In this document: piece after piece, positions 30,155-41,680 of the stretch
How positions within the stretch are numbered: position 1 is the stretch's first letter
How the letters are laid out: the number at the start of each line of letters is the position of its first letter
NCBI GenBank assembly: GCA_963758635.1
Contig: CAVWWD010000006.1
Coordinates: forward strand, 32,001 to 96,000
Reading direction: 5' to 3'
DNA from: an uncultured Candidatus Rokubacteria bacterium
GTDB lineage: Bacteria > Methylomirabilota > Methylomirabilia > Rokubacteriales > CSP1-6
Length of the DNA stretch: 64,000 bases
The notes under the pieces: generated by a model
What the model was told of the DNA's origin: nothing
The model's input: only the letters and a program-made list of their open reading frames with translations
Databases searched by the model: none
Translations under genes and position numbers: made by a program

Positions 30155-32507
30155 GCCGCCGCGAGCGGGAAGGCTCGCAGGCGACGATGACGGTCATCGT
30201 GGTCCGGCGCCCGGTTCGGACGCAAAGCAGCCCCGGGTCGTCGATCCACCAACCGGGCGCGGTGTCGCGGGCGTCGATGCGCTCCAGTGGCCCCGTGTCG
30301 TCACGAACACCGCGGACCGGCTGCGAGCACCGCAAGCGGAGAACGTAGCGGCGTCCGGCCGGGACGACGGATTGCTCGCCGGTCGGAGGGTCAACGCGCA
30401 CCGTGATCCGGCCAGGCTCTTCCGTGCACGTGATCGGCGTCAGCGCGTACGCGCCGCGGCGGTACGCGTTCGTCCGGCCGTCGTCCTCGTAGAGCTCGAA
30501 GCGTGAGGCGCCCTCCGGGTAGATCTCGAGCGTGACCTCGTCGAGCGGGCGCTCGCCGGTGTGCTGCACGACCGGGCCCAGGGGCAGGATCGCGCCGGCG
30601 CGCACGAAGAGGGGCAGGCGGTCGAGCGGTGCCGCGACGGTGATCCCGCCCGGCCCCTCGTGCCGCTCGCCCGTCCAGAAGTCGTACCAGACGCCCGAGG
30701 GGAGATAGACCGGCCACGCCGTGGCGCCCTCGCGCGTCACCGGAGCGACCAGGAGATCGTCACCCCAGAGGTACTCGTGGTCGAGCTGCCACGCCCGCGG
30801 ATCGTCCGGGTAGTTCAGGACGAGCGGCCGCATCAGGGGCAGACCCAGGGTGTGCGCCTGCCACGCCAGCGTGTACGTGTACGGCAGGAGGCGGTAGCGC
30901 AGCTCCACGTACGTGCGGCAGATCGCCTCGACCTCGGGGCCGTGTGCCCACGGGACGTGCTCGCGCCAGACCCAGCCGTGCGAGCGGAAGATGGGGCTGA
31001 AGGCGCCCATCTGGAACCAGCGCGCGTAGAGCTCCGGCGTCTCCGGGACGGGATGGAAGAAGCCGCCGACGTCCGTGCCCCAGTAGGGCACGCCGGACAG
31101 CCCGGTGTTCAGGCCGAGCGGGACCTGCGCCTCCAGCGTCGGGAAGTCGTTGTTGACGTTGCCGGACCAGGTCGAGGAGCCGAAGCGCTGCATGCCCGCC
31201 GCTCCCGACCGGCACAGGAGGAACGCGCGCTGGTCGGGGCGCGTCGCCGCCTCGCCCTCCGCGAAGGCGCGGTGACGGAGCCGGTCGTAGATGTTGTGGA
31301 GCTCGGTGCCGGTTCCGCCCGCGAGCGTCGCCGTCTCCGGCGGGCCCTCGCCGCCGTCGAGCCACCAGGCGCCCACACCAAGCCGCACGAGGTCCTGGTG
31401 GGCGCCCCACCACCAGGCGCGGGCGGCCGGGTTCGAGAAGTCGATGTGGCGCTGGCCCTGGCGGTAGTTGGCGACGCCGCCGGTCCCGCGCTCGTAGCCG
31501 GTGGTCAGGAGGTAGCCGCGCGCCTCGGCGTCCGGGAGCAGCGGCGACTCCTCGTGCAGCACCGGGTACTCGTGGGTGATGACCTCGAAGCGCTGCGCGC
31601 GCATCTCGGCGAGCAGCGCGGCGGGATCCGGCCAGAGCGTGGGCTGCCACTCCAGGTGCCCGACGCCGCGGTTCCAGCCCAACGCCTCGCCGTACGTCGA
31701 GAGGAAGATGAGCGCGTCGCACGGGATCCGCTTCTCCCGGAGCGTTCGCGGCAGGCGGCGGAGCTCGTCGGTGTCGTGGAAGTGCCGGGTGGACTGCAGG
31801 AAACCGAGCGCCCATCGGGGCGGCAGGGGCGCCCGGCCGAGCAGCTCCGCCACCTCGCCCATGAGCCCGCGCAGGTCCGGCGCGACGAGGAAGTACCAGG
31901 TGAGGCCGCCCGCCGCCGCCGTGTAGTCAATGCGCACGCCGTCGTCCGAGCGGCCGACGGCGATCGTGGCGTCGGCCGCGCTGTCGAAGAAGAGCGCCCA
32001 GCCGCGGCTCGACACGAGCAGCGGGATGCCGATGTCGGAGCCCGGCCCGTGGCCGAGATGCGAGTTCCAGAGCTGGCGCGTCTGGCCGAGCCGGTCCAGC
32101 CGGCCGCCGCCCTGGCCCAGGCCGTAGAAGTGCTGCTCGCCCGAGAACGTGAAACGGGCACGGACCCGCGCGCCGCCCGCGCCGGCGCGCTCGACCGTGG
32201 TGCCGCCGTCGGGGGGCTCGCGCAGCAGCCACTCGCCGGTGGCGCCGGCGAAGGTCAGCCGCACGGGGTCGGTTGCCACCTCGACTCGCAGGTCGCTGGT
32301 GGAGATGCCGGCCGGCTGGCCGCCGGCGAGGTCAAACGCTGCCGGCGCCCACGTCCGCCGGCCCACGAACGAAGTCTCGGCGGGCGGGCTCGCCCCGACG
32401 GACACGCGGACGATGCGCGGGGTGCAGACCGTGAGTACGGGCGACGCCGCGCCCGGAAGGTGAACGCTCGCATCACGACGCTCGAGACGGAAATGGTCGG
32501 CAGGCAT
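30144..32507 (-). CDS. Glycoside hydrolase family 31 (alpha-xylosidase/glucosidase-like)
   Basis: PPRWALGF, WWLDGGE, GTDVGGF, RWFQMGAF, LRYRLLPY; acid/base motif reads WSGN instead of WxGD. Confidence 0.9.
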   Translation of the reverse strand: MPADHFRLERRDASVHLPGAASPVLTVCTPRIVRVSVGASPPAETSFVGRRTWAPAAFDLAGGQPAGISTSDLRVEVATDPVRLTFAGATGEWLLREPPDGGTTVERAGAGGARVRARFTFSGEQHFYGLGQGGGRLDRLGQTRQLWNSHLGHGPGSDIGIPLLVSSRGWALFFDSAADATIAVGRSDDGVRIDYTAAAGGLTWYFLVAPDLRGLMGEVAELLGRAPLPPRWALGFLQSTRHFHDTDELRRLPRTLREKRIPCDALIFLSTYGEALGWNRGVGHLEWQPTLWPDPAALLAEMRAQRFEVITHEYPVLHEESPLLPDAEARGYLLTTGYERGTGGVANYRQGQRHIDFSNPAARAWWWGAHQDLVRLGVGAWWLDGGEGPPETATLAGGTGTELHNIYDRLRHRAFAEGEAATRPDQRAFLLCRSGAAGMQRFGSSTWSGNVNNDFPTLEAQVPLGLNTGLSGVPYWGTDVGGFFHPVPETPELYARWFQMGAFSPIFRSHGWVWREHVPWAHGPEVEAICRTYVELRYRLLPYTYTLAWQAHTLGLPLMRPLVLNYPDDPRAWQLDHEYLWGDDLLVAPVTREGATAWPVYLPSGVWYDFWTGERHEGPGGITVAAPLDRLPLFVRAGAILPLGPVVQHTGERPLDEVTLEIYPEGASRFELYEDDGRTNAYRRGAYALTPITCTEEPGRITVRVDPPTGEQSVVPAGRRYVLRLRCSQPVRGVRDDTGPLERIDARDTAPGWWIDDPGLLCVRTGRRTTMTVIVACEPSRSRRLSS

Positions 32508-32585
32508 GGAGCGCAGTATAGGCGACGCGCCCCGCACGCAACACCGGGGTCAGACCCCGACGTTGCGAGTTTTCTCTCCCGCTCG

Positions 32586-33182
32586 CTAGGTCAGGATGAG
32601 CGCGATCGACAGCGCGAGGAGCACGCCCATGGCCACGTTGAACGCGCGCCGGCGGCGGGGGCTCCGCAGGAGGCGCTGCGCCCCGGCGCCGAAGGCTAGC
32701 CAGACGAAGCCGCTCGGTAGCGCGGCCAGCACGAACAGCCCCGCGAGGAGGCTGGCCTGCGTCGCGGCGCTCCCCGCCCCCGCGTGGAGGAAGGTGCCCG
32801 CGGCGCTGGCCGCGACCAGCCACGCCTTCGGGTTGACCCACTGGAGGAAGGCGGCGCCCGCGTACCCGACCGGGCGGCCGGCGCCGGCCGGCTCGTCGCC
32901 GCGCGCCGTCGCGATCTTCCAGGCGAGCCAGAGCAGGAACGCGGCGCCGCCCCAGTTGAGGGCCTTGAGCGCCAGCGGGCTCGCGAGCACGAGGCTGCCG
33001 AGGCCCAGCGGCACGAGGAGCATCATGACGCCCATGCCGGTGGCGGCGCCGAGAAGGCAGGGAATCCCGCGGGCCACGCCGACGGCGGCGCCGGTCGCGG
33101 TCAGCATCACGTTGCTGGGCCCAGGGGTGACCGCGGCCACCACGGCGAACAGAAGGAAGGCGACGATCTCTCCGGTAGTCGT
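32586..33182 (-). CDS. LysE family translocator
   Basis: AVTPGPSN, FLLWLAWK, QWVNPKAW; the frame is open back to an ACG placed after GGAGG. Confidence 0.88.
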   Translation of the reverse strand, partial: TTTGEIVAFLLFAVVAAVTPGPSNVMLTATGAAVGVARGIPCLLGAATGMGVMMLLVPLGLGSLVLASPLALKALNWGGAAFLLWLAWKIATARGDEPAGAGRPVGYAGAAFLQWVNPKAWLVAASAAGTFLHAGAGSAATQASLLAGLFVLAALPSGFVWLAFGAGAQRLLRSPRRRRAFNVAMGVLLALSIALILT

Positions 33183-33367
33183 ACTCTACCTCCACCGAAG
33201 CGGCGCCCCGGGGGCCGCCGCGGGATGGACCCCCATGCACGACAAGGAAGCCAGATCGGGCGGCGTCGGTCTTGAACGATCTTACGACCTCGCGCGACAG
33301 CTCAGGGCCGGCCGGGCGCCACGGAGGCCGGCCCGCGCGACGGCCTCGCGGGAAAGGACCCGCGGCG

Positions 33368-34654
33368 ATGGATGAGTTCGTCATCGAGGGCCGGGCGCCG
33401 CTCCGCGGCGTCGTCACGGCGAGCGGCAACAAGAACGCCGCGTTCCCGCTGATCAGCGCGGCGCTCCTCACCGACGAGCCGGTGCGTCTCCGGAACCTGC
33501 CAGACATCGCGGACGTCCGCACCATGCTGAGCCTGGTGGAGAGCCTGGGCGTGGAGGTCGACCGCCACGACGCCCACACCGTGACGCTCCGCGCCGGCCG
33601 CATCACCACCACCTGCCCCGACGCCGAATTGCTGCGCCGGGTGCGGGGCGGCGTCGTCCTCACCGGGCCCCTGCTCGCGCGCGAGGGCGAGGCGCGGCTC
33701 GGGCACGCCGGGGGCGATCAGATCGGCCGCCGCCGGATCGACACCCACGTGCTCGGCCTTGCCGCGCTGGGCGCGACGGTCTCCGTCGAGGATCAGATCG
33801 TGCTGCGCGGCCGGCCGCTGCGCGGCGCGGACATCCTGCTCGACGAGGCGAGCGTGACCGCCACCGAGAACGTGGTGCTCGCCGCCGTGCTCGCCGAGGG
33901 GACCACGGTGCTGCAGAACGCGGCGTGCGAGCCCCACGTCCAGGAGACGTGCCAGCTCCTCACCGCCATGGGCGCGCGCATCGAGGGCATCGGCTCGAAC
34001 CTGCTCCGCATCCACAGCGTGCCGCGCCTTCACGGCGCCGAGTTCACCCTCGGGCCCGACTTCATGGAGGTCGGGAGCTTCGTGGCGCTGGCCGCCGCGG
34101 TCGGCGGCGAGATCACCATCGCGAAGGCCGGCGTCCCGCACATGCGCATGGCGCTCTCCGTGTTCCGCCGCCTCGGCGTCGAGGTCCGCGCCGACGGCGA
34201 CGACCTGATCGTGCCCGGCGGCCAGACCCTCGCCGTCACCGCCGACTACGGCAACGCCATCCCGCGCATCGACGACGGGCCGTGGCCGGCGTTCCCCGCC
34301 GACCTCATGAGCGTGGCCCTCGTGACCGCCACCCAGGCCGCGGGCACCGTCCTCTTCCACGAGAAGATGTACGAGAGCCGCATGTTCTTCGTGGACCGGC
34401 TCATCGGCATGGGCGCGCGCGTCGTGCTCTGCGACCCGCACCGCGCGCTCGTCCACGGCCCGAGCCGGCTGCACGGCGAGCCGCTCGGCATCCCGAGCCC
34501 CGACATCCGCGCCGGCATCGCGCTGGTCATCGCCGCGCTCTGCGCGGAGGGCCGCACGGTGATCCGGAGCGTGGAGCAGATCGACCGCGGCTACGAGGAC
34601 ATCGACGGCAAGCTCCAGGCCCTGGGCGCGCGCATCCGCCGGGTGCACGCGTAG
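33368..34654 (+). CDS. murA: UDP-N-acetylglucosamine 1-carboxyvinyltransferase
   Basis: SGNKNAA, ASVTATEN, NAACEPH, PAFPADL, PDIRAG, QIDRGYE. Confidence 0.95.
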   Translation: MDEFVIEGRAPLRGVVTASGNKNAAFPLISAALLTDEPVRLRNLPDIADVRTMLSLVESLGVEVDRHDAHTVTLRAGRITTTCPDAELLRRVRGGVVLTGPLLAREGEARLGHAGGDQIGRRRIDTHVLGLAALGATVSVEDQIVLRGRPLRGADILLDEASVTATENVVLAAVLAEGTTVLQNAACEPHVQETCQLLTAMGARIEGIGSNLLRIHSVPRLHGAEFTLGPDFMEVGSFVALAAAVGGEITIAKAGVPHMRMALSVFRRLGVEVRADGDDLIVPGGQTLAVTADYGNAIPRIDDGPWPAFPADLMSVALVTATQAAGTVLFHEKMYESRMFFVDRLIGMGARVVLCDPHRALVHGPSRLHGEPLGIPSPDIRAGIALVIAALCAEGRTVIRSVEQIDRGYEDIDGKLQALGARIRRVHA

Positions 34655-34683
34655 CGCCCGGTCCGCTCGGCCCCGCGACGCCC

Positions 34684-35958
34684 GTGTCCGCCCCCGACTC
34701 CCGCGCCGATGCGCCCCGCGCCCGGAGCCTCTGGCGCCATCCGGGGTTCCTGCGCCTCTGGGCGGCGTCCGCGGTGTCGGACGTTGGCTCCCAGGTGACG
34801 ATGGTGGCGCTGCCCCTGGTCGCCGCCCTCTCCCTCGGCGCCACCCCGTGGCAGATGGGCCTCCTCTCCGCCGCGGGGTCCGCGCCGATCCTGCTCGTGG
34901 GGCTCTTCGCCGGCGTGTGGGTCGATCGCCTGCCGCGACGGCCGATCATGGTCGCGGCGGATGTCGGGCGCGCGGCGATCCTCTTGCTGATCCCCGCGGC
35001 CACGCTCACCGGATCGCTCCGGATGGAGCTCCTCTACGTGGTGGCGCTCGGCACCGGCGCCCTCGGCGTGGTCTTCGACGTGGCGTACCTGTCGCTGATG
35101 CCGTCGCTCGTCGCCCGCGAGGAGCTGGTCGAGGCCAACGGCAAGATCGAGACCACCTCCGCGTCGGCGCAGGTGGTGGGGCCCGGGCTCGCCGGCGCGC
35201 TGGTGGGCACGCTCGGCGCGGCGGTGGCCGTGCTCGTGGACGCGCTCTCGTTCCTGGTCTCCGCGCTCTTCCTCCGCGGCATCCGGCTCGCGGAGCGGAC
35301 CGCGCCCGCCTCCGGCGACCGCCCCGGCGTGATGACGGAGATCGCCGAGGGCCTCCGCACGGTGGCCGCCCACCGGGTGCTCCGCGTGCTCGCGGGCTGC
35401 TCGGCCACGACCAACCTGTTCGGCCGCATGTTCCTCGCCGTGTACGTCCTGTTCATGACGCGCGACCTCGGGCTCGACTCGCTCGGCGTGGGCCTCGTGT
35501 TCGCCACCGGCGGCGTGGGCGCGCTCGCCGGCTCGCTCGTGACGGGCCCGGTCACGCGGCGGCTCGGCCCCGGGGCCACCATGATCTGGGCCCAGCTCGT
35601 CTTCGGGGTGACGGGGCTCGCGGTGCCGCTCGCCGTGCTCGTGCCGCGGCTGGCCCTGCCCCTCGTGGTGGGGTCGGAGTTCACCCAGTGGATGGCGATC
35701 GTCGTGTACTACGTCGGCGCGGTGAGCGTGCGCCAGGCGCTGGTGCCCGATCGGCTGCGCGGCCGTGTCAACGCCACCATGCGCGTCGTGGCGGGCGGCG
35801 CGATGCCGATCGGCGCCCTCATGGGCGGCGCCCTCGGCGGGGTGATCGGGCTTCCCCTCACGCTGGTCGTCGCGGAGCTCGGCCTCCTCCTCGGGTTCGT
35901 GTGGCTGGTGCTGTCGCCGGTGCGGCGGCTCTCCGCCCTGCCCCCGAGCGCGCCATGA
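34684..35958 (+). CDS. MFS transporter
   Basis: LWAASAVSDVG, GVWVDRLPRRPIM, about 12 hydrophobic segments. Confidence 0.9.
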   Translation: MSAPDSRADAPRARSLWRHPGFLRLWAASAVSDVGSQVTMVALPLVAALSLGATPWQMGLLSAAGSAPILLVGLFAGVWVDRLPRRPIMVAADVGRAAILLLIPAATLTGSLRMELLYVVALGTGALGVVFDVAYLSLMPSLVAREELVEANGKIETTSASAQVVGPGLAGALVGTLGAAVAVLVDALSFLVSALFLRGIRLAERTAPASGDRPGVMTEIAEGLRTVAAHRVLRVLAGCSATTNLFGRMFLAVYVLFMTRDLGLDSLGVGLVFATGGVGALAGSLVTGPVTRRLGPGATMIWAQLVFGVTGLAVPLAVLVPRLALPLVVGSEFTQWMAIVVYYVGAVSVRQALVPDRLRGRVNATMRVVAGGAMPIGALMGGALGGVIGLPLTLVVAELGLLLGFVWLVLSPVRRLSALPPSAP

Positions 35959-36112
35959 GCCGATTGCGCTCGCACGCGACGGGAGTCGGGACCGCGCCTC
36001 GCGGGAATTCGCTGGTGACGTCCAGCCCGGGCGCGGGATACCATGCGGCCCGCACGAGACCGGCGCGGATCGCTCGCCGGCCCCCACCACGCAACGCGAA
36101 GGAGACGCTATC

Positions 36113-37347
36113 GTGAGCGACGCGAGCGGGCCAAGGACGGGCGCGGCCCCCGGGACGACGCCGGCGCGGTTCCTCGGGGACGACGCGTACGACTTCTCGG
36201 TGGTCCTCGGCGGGCCGCTGTTCCAGATGATCCGGCGGGCGCATCTCACCGGCGACGCGCTCGAGCTCCTGCGCCGGCGGATCGTCGCGATCTCGATGTT
36301 CGTGTGGCTGCCGCTGCTCGTCCTCTCCGCGCTGAGCGGCAAGGCGTGGGGGGACGCGGTCAGCGTGCCCTTCCTGAAGGACATCGAGCTGCACATCCGC
36401 TTCCTCGTCGTCATCCCGTTCCTCATCGTCGCGGAGCTGGTGGTCCACCAGCGGATGCGCCCCCTCGCCCGGCAGTTCCTGGAGCGCGGGCTCATCGCCG
36501 ACGCGTCCCGGGAGCGCTTCGACGCGGCGGTGGCCTCGACGCTCCGGCTGCGGAACTCGGTGACGGCCGAGGTGATCCTCATCGTCATCGTGTACGCGGT
36601 CGGCATCCTGTACCTCTGGCCGAACTACATCGCGCTCCACGTGTCGGCCTGGTACGGCGCGCCGGGGGACGCCGGCCGCACCCTCACCCCGGCCGGCTGG
36701 TGGTTCCTCTGCGTCAGCATGCCGCTCTTCTACTTCATGCTCATGCGCTGGTACTACCGGCTGGTCCTCTGGATCCGCTTCCTCTGGCTGGTGTCGCGAT
36801 GCGAGCTCCGGCTGGTGCCCACGCACCCCGATCGCGCGGCCGGGCTCGGGTTCCTCTCCGGCACCGTGGTCGCGTTCGCGCCGCTCCTGATGGCCCACGG
36901 GGCGCTCCTCGCGGGGAATCTCGCCAACCGGATCTTCTTCGAGGGCAAGCAGCTCCCGGACTTCAAGGTGGAGATCGCCATCGTCCCCGTGTTCCTCCTG
37001 ATCTTCGTCCTCGGGCCCCTGCTGCTGTTCGTGCCCCGGCTCGCCGCGACCCGGCGCGTCGGCCTGCGCGAGTACGGCGTGCTCGCCCAGCGCTACGTGC
37101 GCGAGTTCGACGACAAGTGGCTCCGCGGCGGCGCCCCGCGCGACGAGGTGTTCGTGGGCAGCGCGGACGTCCAGTCCCTCGCCGACCTCGGGAACAGCTT
37201 CCAGCTCGTCCAGGGCCTGCGCGTGGTGCCGTTCTCGAAGGAGACCGTGGTCCAGCTCGCCGTGATCACGCTCCTGCCCGTCACGCCGCTCCTCCTCACG
37301 ATGGTGTCGCTCGAGGAGCTGGTGAAGCAGCTCCTGCGCATCGTGCT

Positions 37348-37351
<4 letters not shown>
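36113..37351 (+). CDS. Uncharacterised multi-pass membrane protein
   Basis: FSVVLGGPL, HPDRAAGLGFL, DVQSLADLGNS; several hydrophobic segments; GTGA overlap with cydA. Confidence 0.8.
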
Positions 37352-38711
<1,360 letters not shown>

Positions 38712-38719
<8 letters not shown>

Positions 38720-39762
38720 GCTCTGGTACGCGATCGCCGCGCTGATCGCTCGCCGCTCTACGTCGTGCTCGACGGCTTCGACCTCGGCGCGGGCAGCCTC
38801 TCGCCTGTTCGTCGCGCACACCGACGGGAGCGCCGGCAGGTGCTGGCGGCCATCGGCCCCTACTGGGACGGCAACGAGGTGTGGCTCCTCGCCGCGGGCG
38901 GCATCCTCTTCGTCGCCTTTCCGCGCGTGCTCGCCTCCGGGTTCTCCGGGTTCTACTTCGCGATCATCCTGGTGCTCTGGTGCCTGCTCGTGCCGCGGCA
39001 TCGCGATCGAGTTCCGGAGCCATCTGCCCGACCCGCTGTGGCGCGCGGCATGGGACTTCGTGTTCGCCACGGCGAGCTCGCTCCTCGCCGTGTTCTTCGG
39101 CGCCGCCTTCGGCAACCTCATGCGCGGCGTCCCGCTGGACGCGCGACGGGTGGTTCAGCCTCGCGCTCTTCACCGACTTCACCGCCCGCGACCCGGTCGG
39201 CATCCTCGACTGGTACACGATCCTCACCGGCGTGTTCGCCCTCGTCGCGCTGGCCGCGCACGGCGCGCTGTTCCTCGCGTGGAAGACCGACGGTCCGGTG
39301 CACGAGCGGAGCCGGCGGGCGGCGCGCCGCCTCTGGGTCGCGGTCGCCGTGCTGTGGCCGGTGGTGACGGCGGCGAGCCACCTCGTGAACCCGTCGCTCT
39401 TCCTCGGCATGGGCCGGCGCGGGCTCGCCGCGCTCGCGGCCGTCCTTGCCGTGGCGGGAGATCGTGACCGTCTTCCTGCGCCTGACGCGCGGGGCCTTCC
39501 TCGGTGCGTTCGCGGGGTCGTGCGTCTTCCTGCTCGGCGTCATCGGAGCGAGCGCCGCCTCGTTCTTCCCGGTCATGCTGCGGGCCACCGGCGGCGACGC
39601 GCTGTCCATCACGGCGTACACGGCCGGCGGCGACGAGGCCGGCCTCCGCATCGCGCTCCGCTGGTTCGTCATCGGGGCCCCGCTCGCCCTCACCTATCTC
39701 GGCGTGGTGCTCTGGCTCCATGGCGGCAAGGCCGTCGCCGCCCGCGACGGCGAAGGATATAA
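38712..39762 (+). CDS. cydB: Cytochrome bd oxidase subunit II (many frameshifts)
   Basis: LDGFDLGAG, IGPYWDGNEVWL, RGIAIEFRS. Confidence 0.88.
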
Positions 39763-39877
39763 TCTCGGCGGGGGGCTTCGCCCCCCTCCGACGGTAGTCG
39801 CGCGCCTGACGGCGCGCTCCTCCCTGCCTCCCCGCAGGACAGGTTGCGCGGGCGAAGCCCGCGCTCGAAGCTTCGAA
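39762..39877. repeat. REP-like triple-hairpin element
   Basis: GGGGGGC-TTC-GCCCCCC, GCGCGCC-TGAC-GGCGCGC, GCGCGGGC-GAA-GCCCGCGC. Confidence 0.65.
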
Positions 39878-39902
39878 CTTTGCCCGGGAGGCCCTGGAGC
39901 TC

Positions 39903-40387
39903 TCAGCGGGCGCGCGGGCGCGAGAGGCGATCTGCGAGGGCGCGCGGGCCGGGGTTGCCGGGCGAGAGCGCGGCGAGCCGCTCGGCGTAGCGCGCGGCCG
40001 CGCGCGTGTCCCCCCGCTCCTCGAGGTACGCCACGAGCGCGGTGAGCACGTCGCGGCTGGCCGGGCGGCGCCGTTCGGCGCCCTCGAGCACCGTGATCGC
40101 CTTCCGCGGCTCGCCCGTGTCGTGGAGCGCCACCGCGTACACGTACGCGAAGCGCGACGACTCGGGCCGGCCGGCGGCGGCGCGGCGCAGGAGCTCGACG
40201 CCCTCGCCCCGCCGTCCCTGGCGCGTGCGGAGCAGGCCGAGGGCATGGAGGGCCTCCGGGCCGTCGGGCGCCGCCTGGAGCGCGCGGTCCAGGGCCTGCT
40301 CGCCATCGACATCCCGCCCCAGCGCCCGGTACAGGTCGGCCTAATTCACGAGCGCGGGAACGAACCGCGGATCGATCGCGAGCGCGG
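39903..40387 (-). pseudogene. C-terminal TPR fragment with an internal stop
   Basis: ALAIDPRFVPALVN*ADLYRALGR...LHALGLL...RFAYVYAVAL; no start codon or N-terminus. Confidence 0.7.
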
Positions 40388-40653
40388 CTAGCCGTGCGCG
40401 ATGGAGGGGATCAAGCGGTCCGGTGGCGACGGCCTGTCATACCCCCTGGACGAACTCGCGCCACGCCAGGGCTTGCACACCGGGAGCCACGGCCCGCAGG
40501 TGGCGCTCGGCGGCGGATAAGAACCCTAAAGTGTTACTTAAGAATTCTCAATCCCCAAGATCTCAGGGCGACGGGTTTGCGAAGCCCGTCGTTGCCCGCT
40601 TCGACCTGCCGCACGCCAGCAAGCGACGGTGGCTCGGCGCGCGCGGCGCGAGC

Positions 40654-41676
40654 TTACAGGGCGCCGGGAGCGAGGAGGCCGTCGCGCACGGCGGCGCAGC
40701 GGGCGGCCCCGAAAAGCGCGGTGCGGTCGTTGACGATCACGCGGACGGAGATGGCGGCGAGGAGGTCGGCGAGCCGGCCCTTGGCCGTGAACGCCTCCAT
40801 GAAGGTCCCCGCGGTGATCCGCGCGATGATCTTCGGCGCGATGCCGCCGCCGACGTAGAGGCCGGCCGTGGCCATGACCTTGAGCGCGAGGTTCCCCGCC
40901 TCCGCGCCGTAGGCGGAGACGAACAGGTCGAGCGCGCGGTCGCACAGCTCGCTCCGTCCGGCGAGGGCCGCCTCGGCGATGGCCGCGGACGGATCGCCCG
41001 CCGCCATGGCCTCCCGCAGCCACGGCGGCTCGGACCCGCGCCCCGTGTCCCGCATGAACTCGTAGATGTTCAGCAGGCCCGGCCCGGAGACCACCCGCTC
41101 CCAGCTCACGTGGGCGCCGAAGCGCGCGCGGAGGTGGCGGAGCAGGTCGATCTCGACGTCGGAGTGGGGCGCGTAGTCCGCGTGCCCGCCCTCGCAGGCG
41201 AACGGATGATGGTGACGCCCGTCCCAGTACATCCCCGCCTCGCCGAGTCCCGTGCCCGCGGAGATGATCCCCGCGTTGCCCCGCGCGCCCGCGTCGCCCG
41301 GGTTGAGCACGACCCAGTCCTCGGGCGTGAGGGTGAAGATGCCGTGGGAGTTGGCCTCGAGGTCGTTGATCAGGTCCACGCGGGCCAGGCCCAGCTCGCG
41401 CGCGAGGGTGTCGGCGTCCACGTCCCACGCCAGGTTCGGCGTCTCCACGTGACGGCCGATGACCGGGCCGGCCACGCCGACGCACGCACGCTCCACGGCG
41501 TGGCCGTGCGCGTCGAGGAAGCGCCGGACGATGGGCGCCAGGCCGGCGTGCTCCCGGCTCGCGAACCGCTCGCCGGCCACGAGGCTCAGGCGTCCGCCCG
41601 TCACCTCGAAGAGGCCGAGCCGGGTCGAGGTCCCCCCGATGTCCCCGGCCAGGAACACGCCGCGGCCCGCCGTCAT
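40654..41676 (-). CDS. glk: Glucokinase
   Basis: LAGDIGGT, GVAGPV, LINDLEA, AGTGLGE, EGGH, ERVVSGPG. Confidence 0.93.
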   Translation of the reverse strand: MTAGRGVFLAGDIGGTSTRLGLFEVTGGRLSLVAGERFASREHAGLAPIVRRFLDAHGHAVERACVGVAGPVIGRHVETPNLAWDVDADTLARELGLARVDLINDLEANSHGIFTLTPEDWVVLNPGDAGARGNAGIISAGTGLGEAGMYWDGRHHHPFACEGGHADYAPHSDVEIDLLRHLRARFGAHVSWERVVSGPGLLNIYEFMRDTGRGSEPPWLREAMAAGDPSAAIAEAALAGRSELCDRALDLFVSAYGAEAGNLALKVMATAGLYVGGGIAPKIIARITAGTFMEAFTAKGRLADLLAAISVRVIVNDRTALFGAARCAAVRDGLLAPGAL

Positions 41677-41680
41677 GCGA

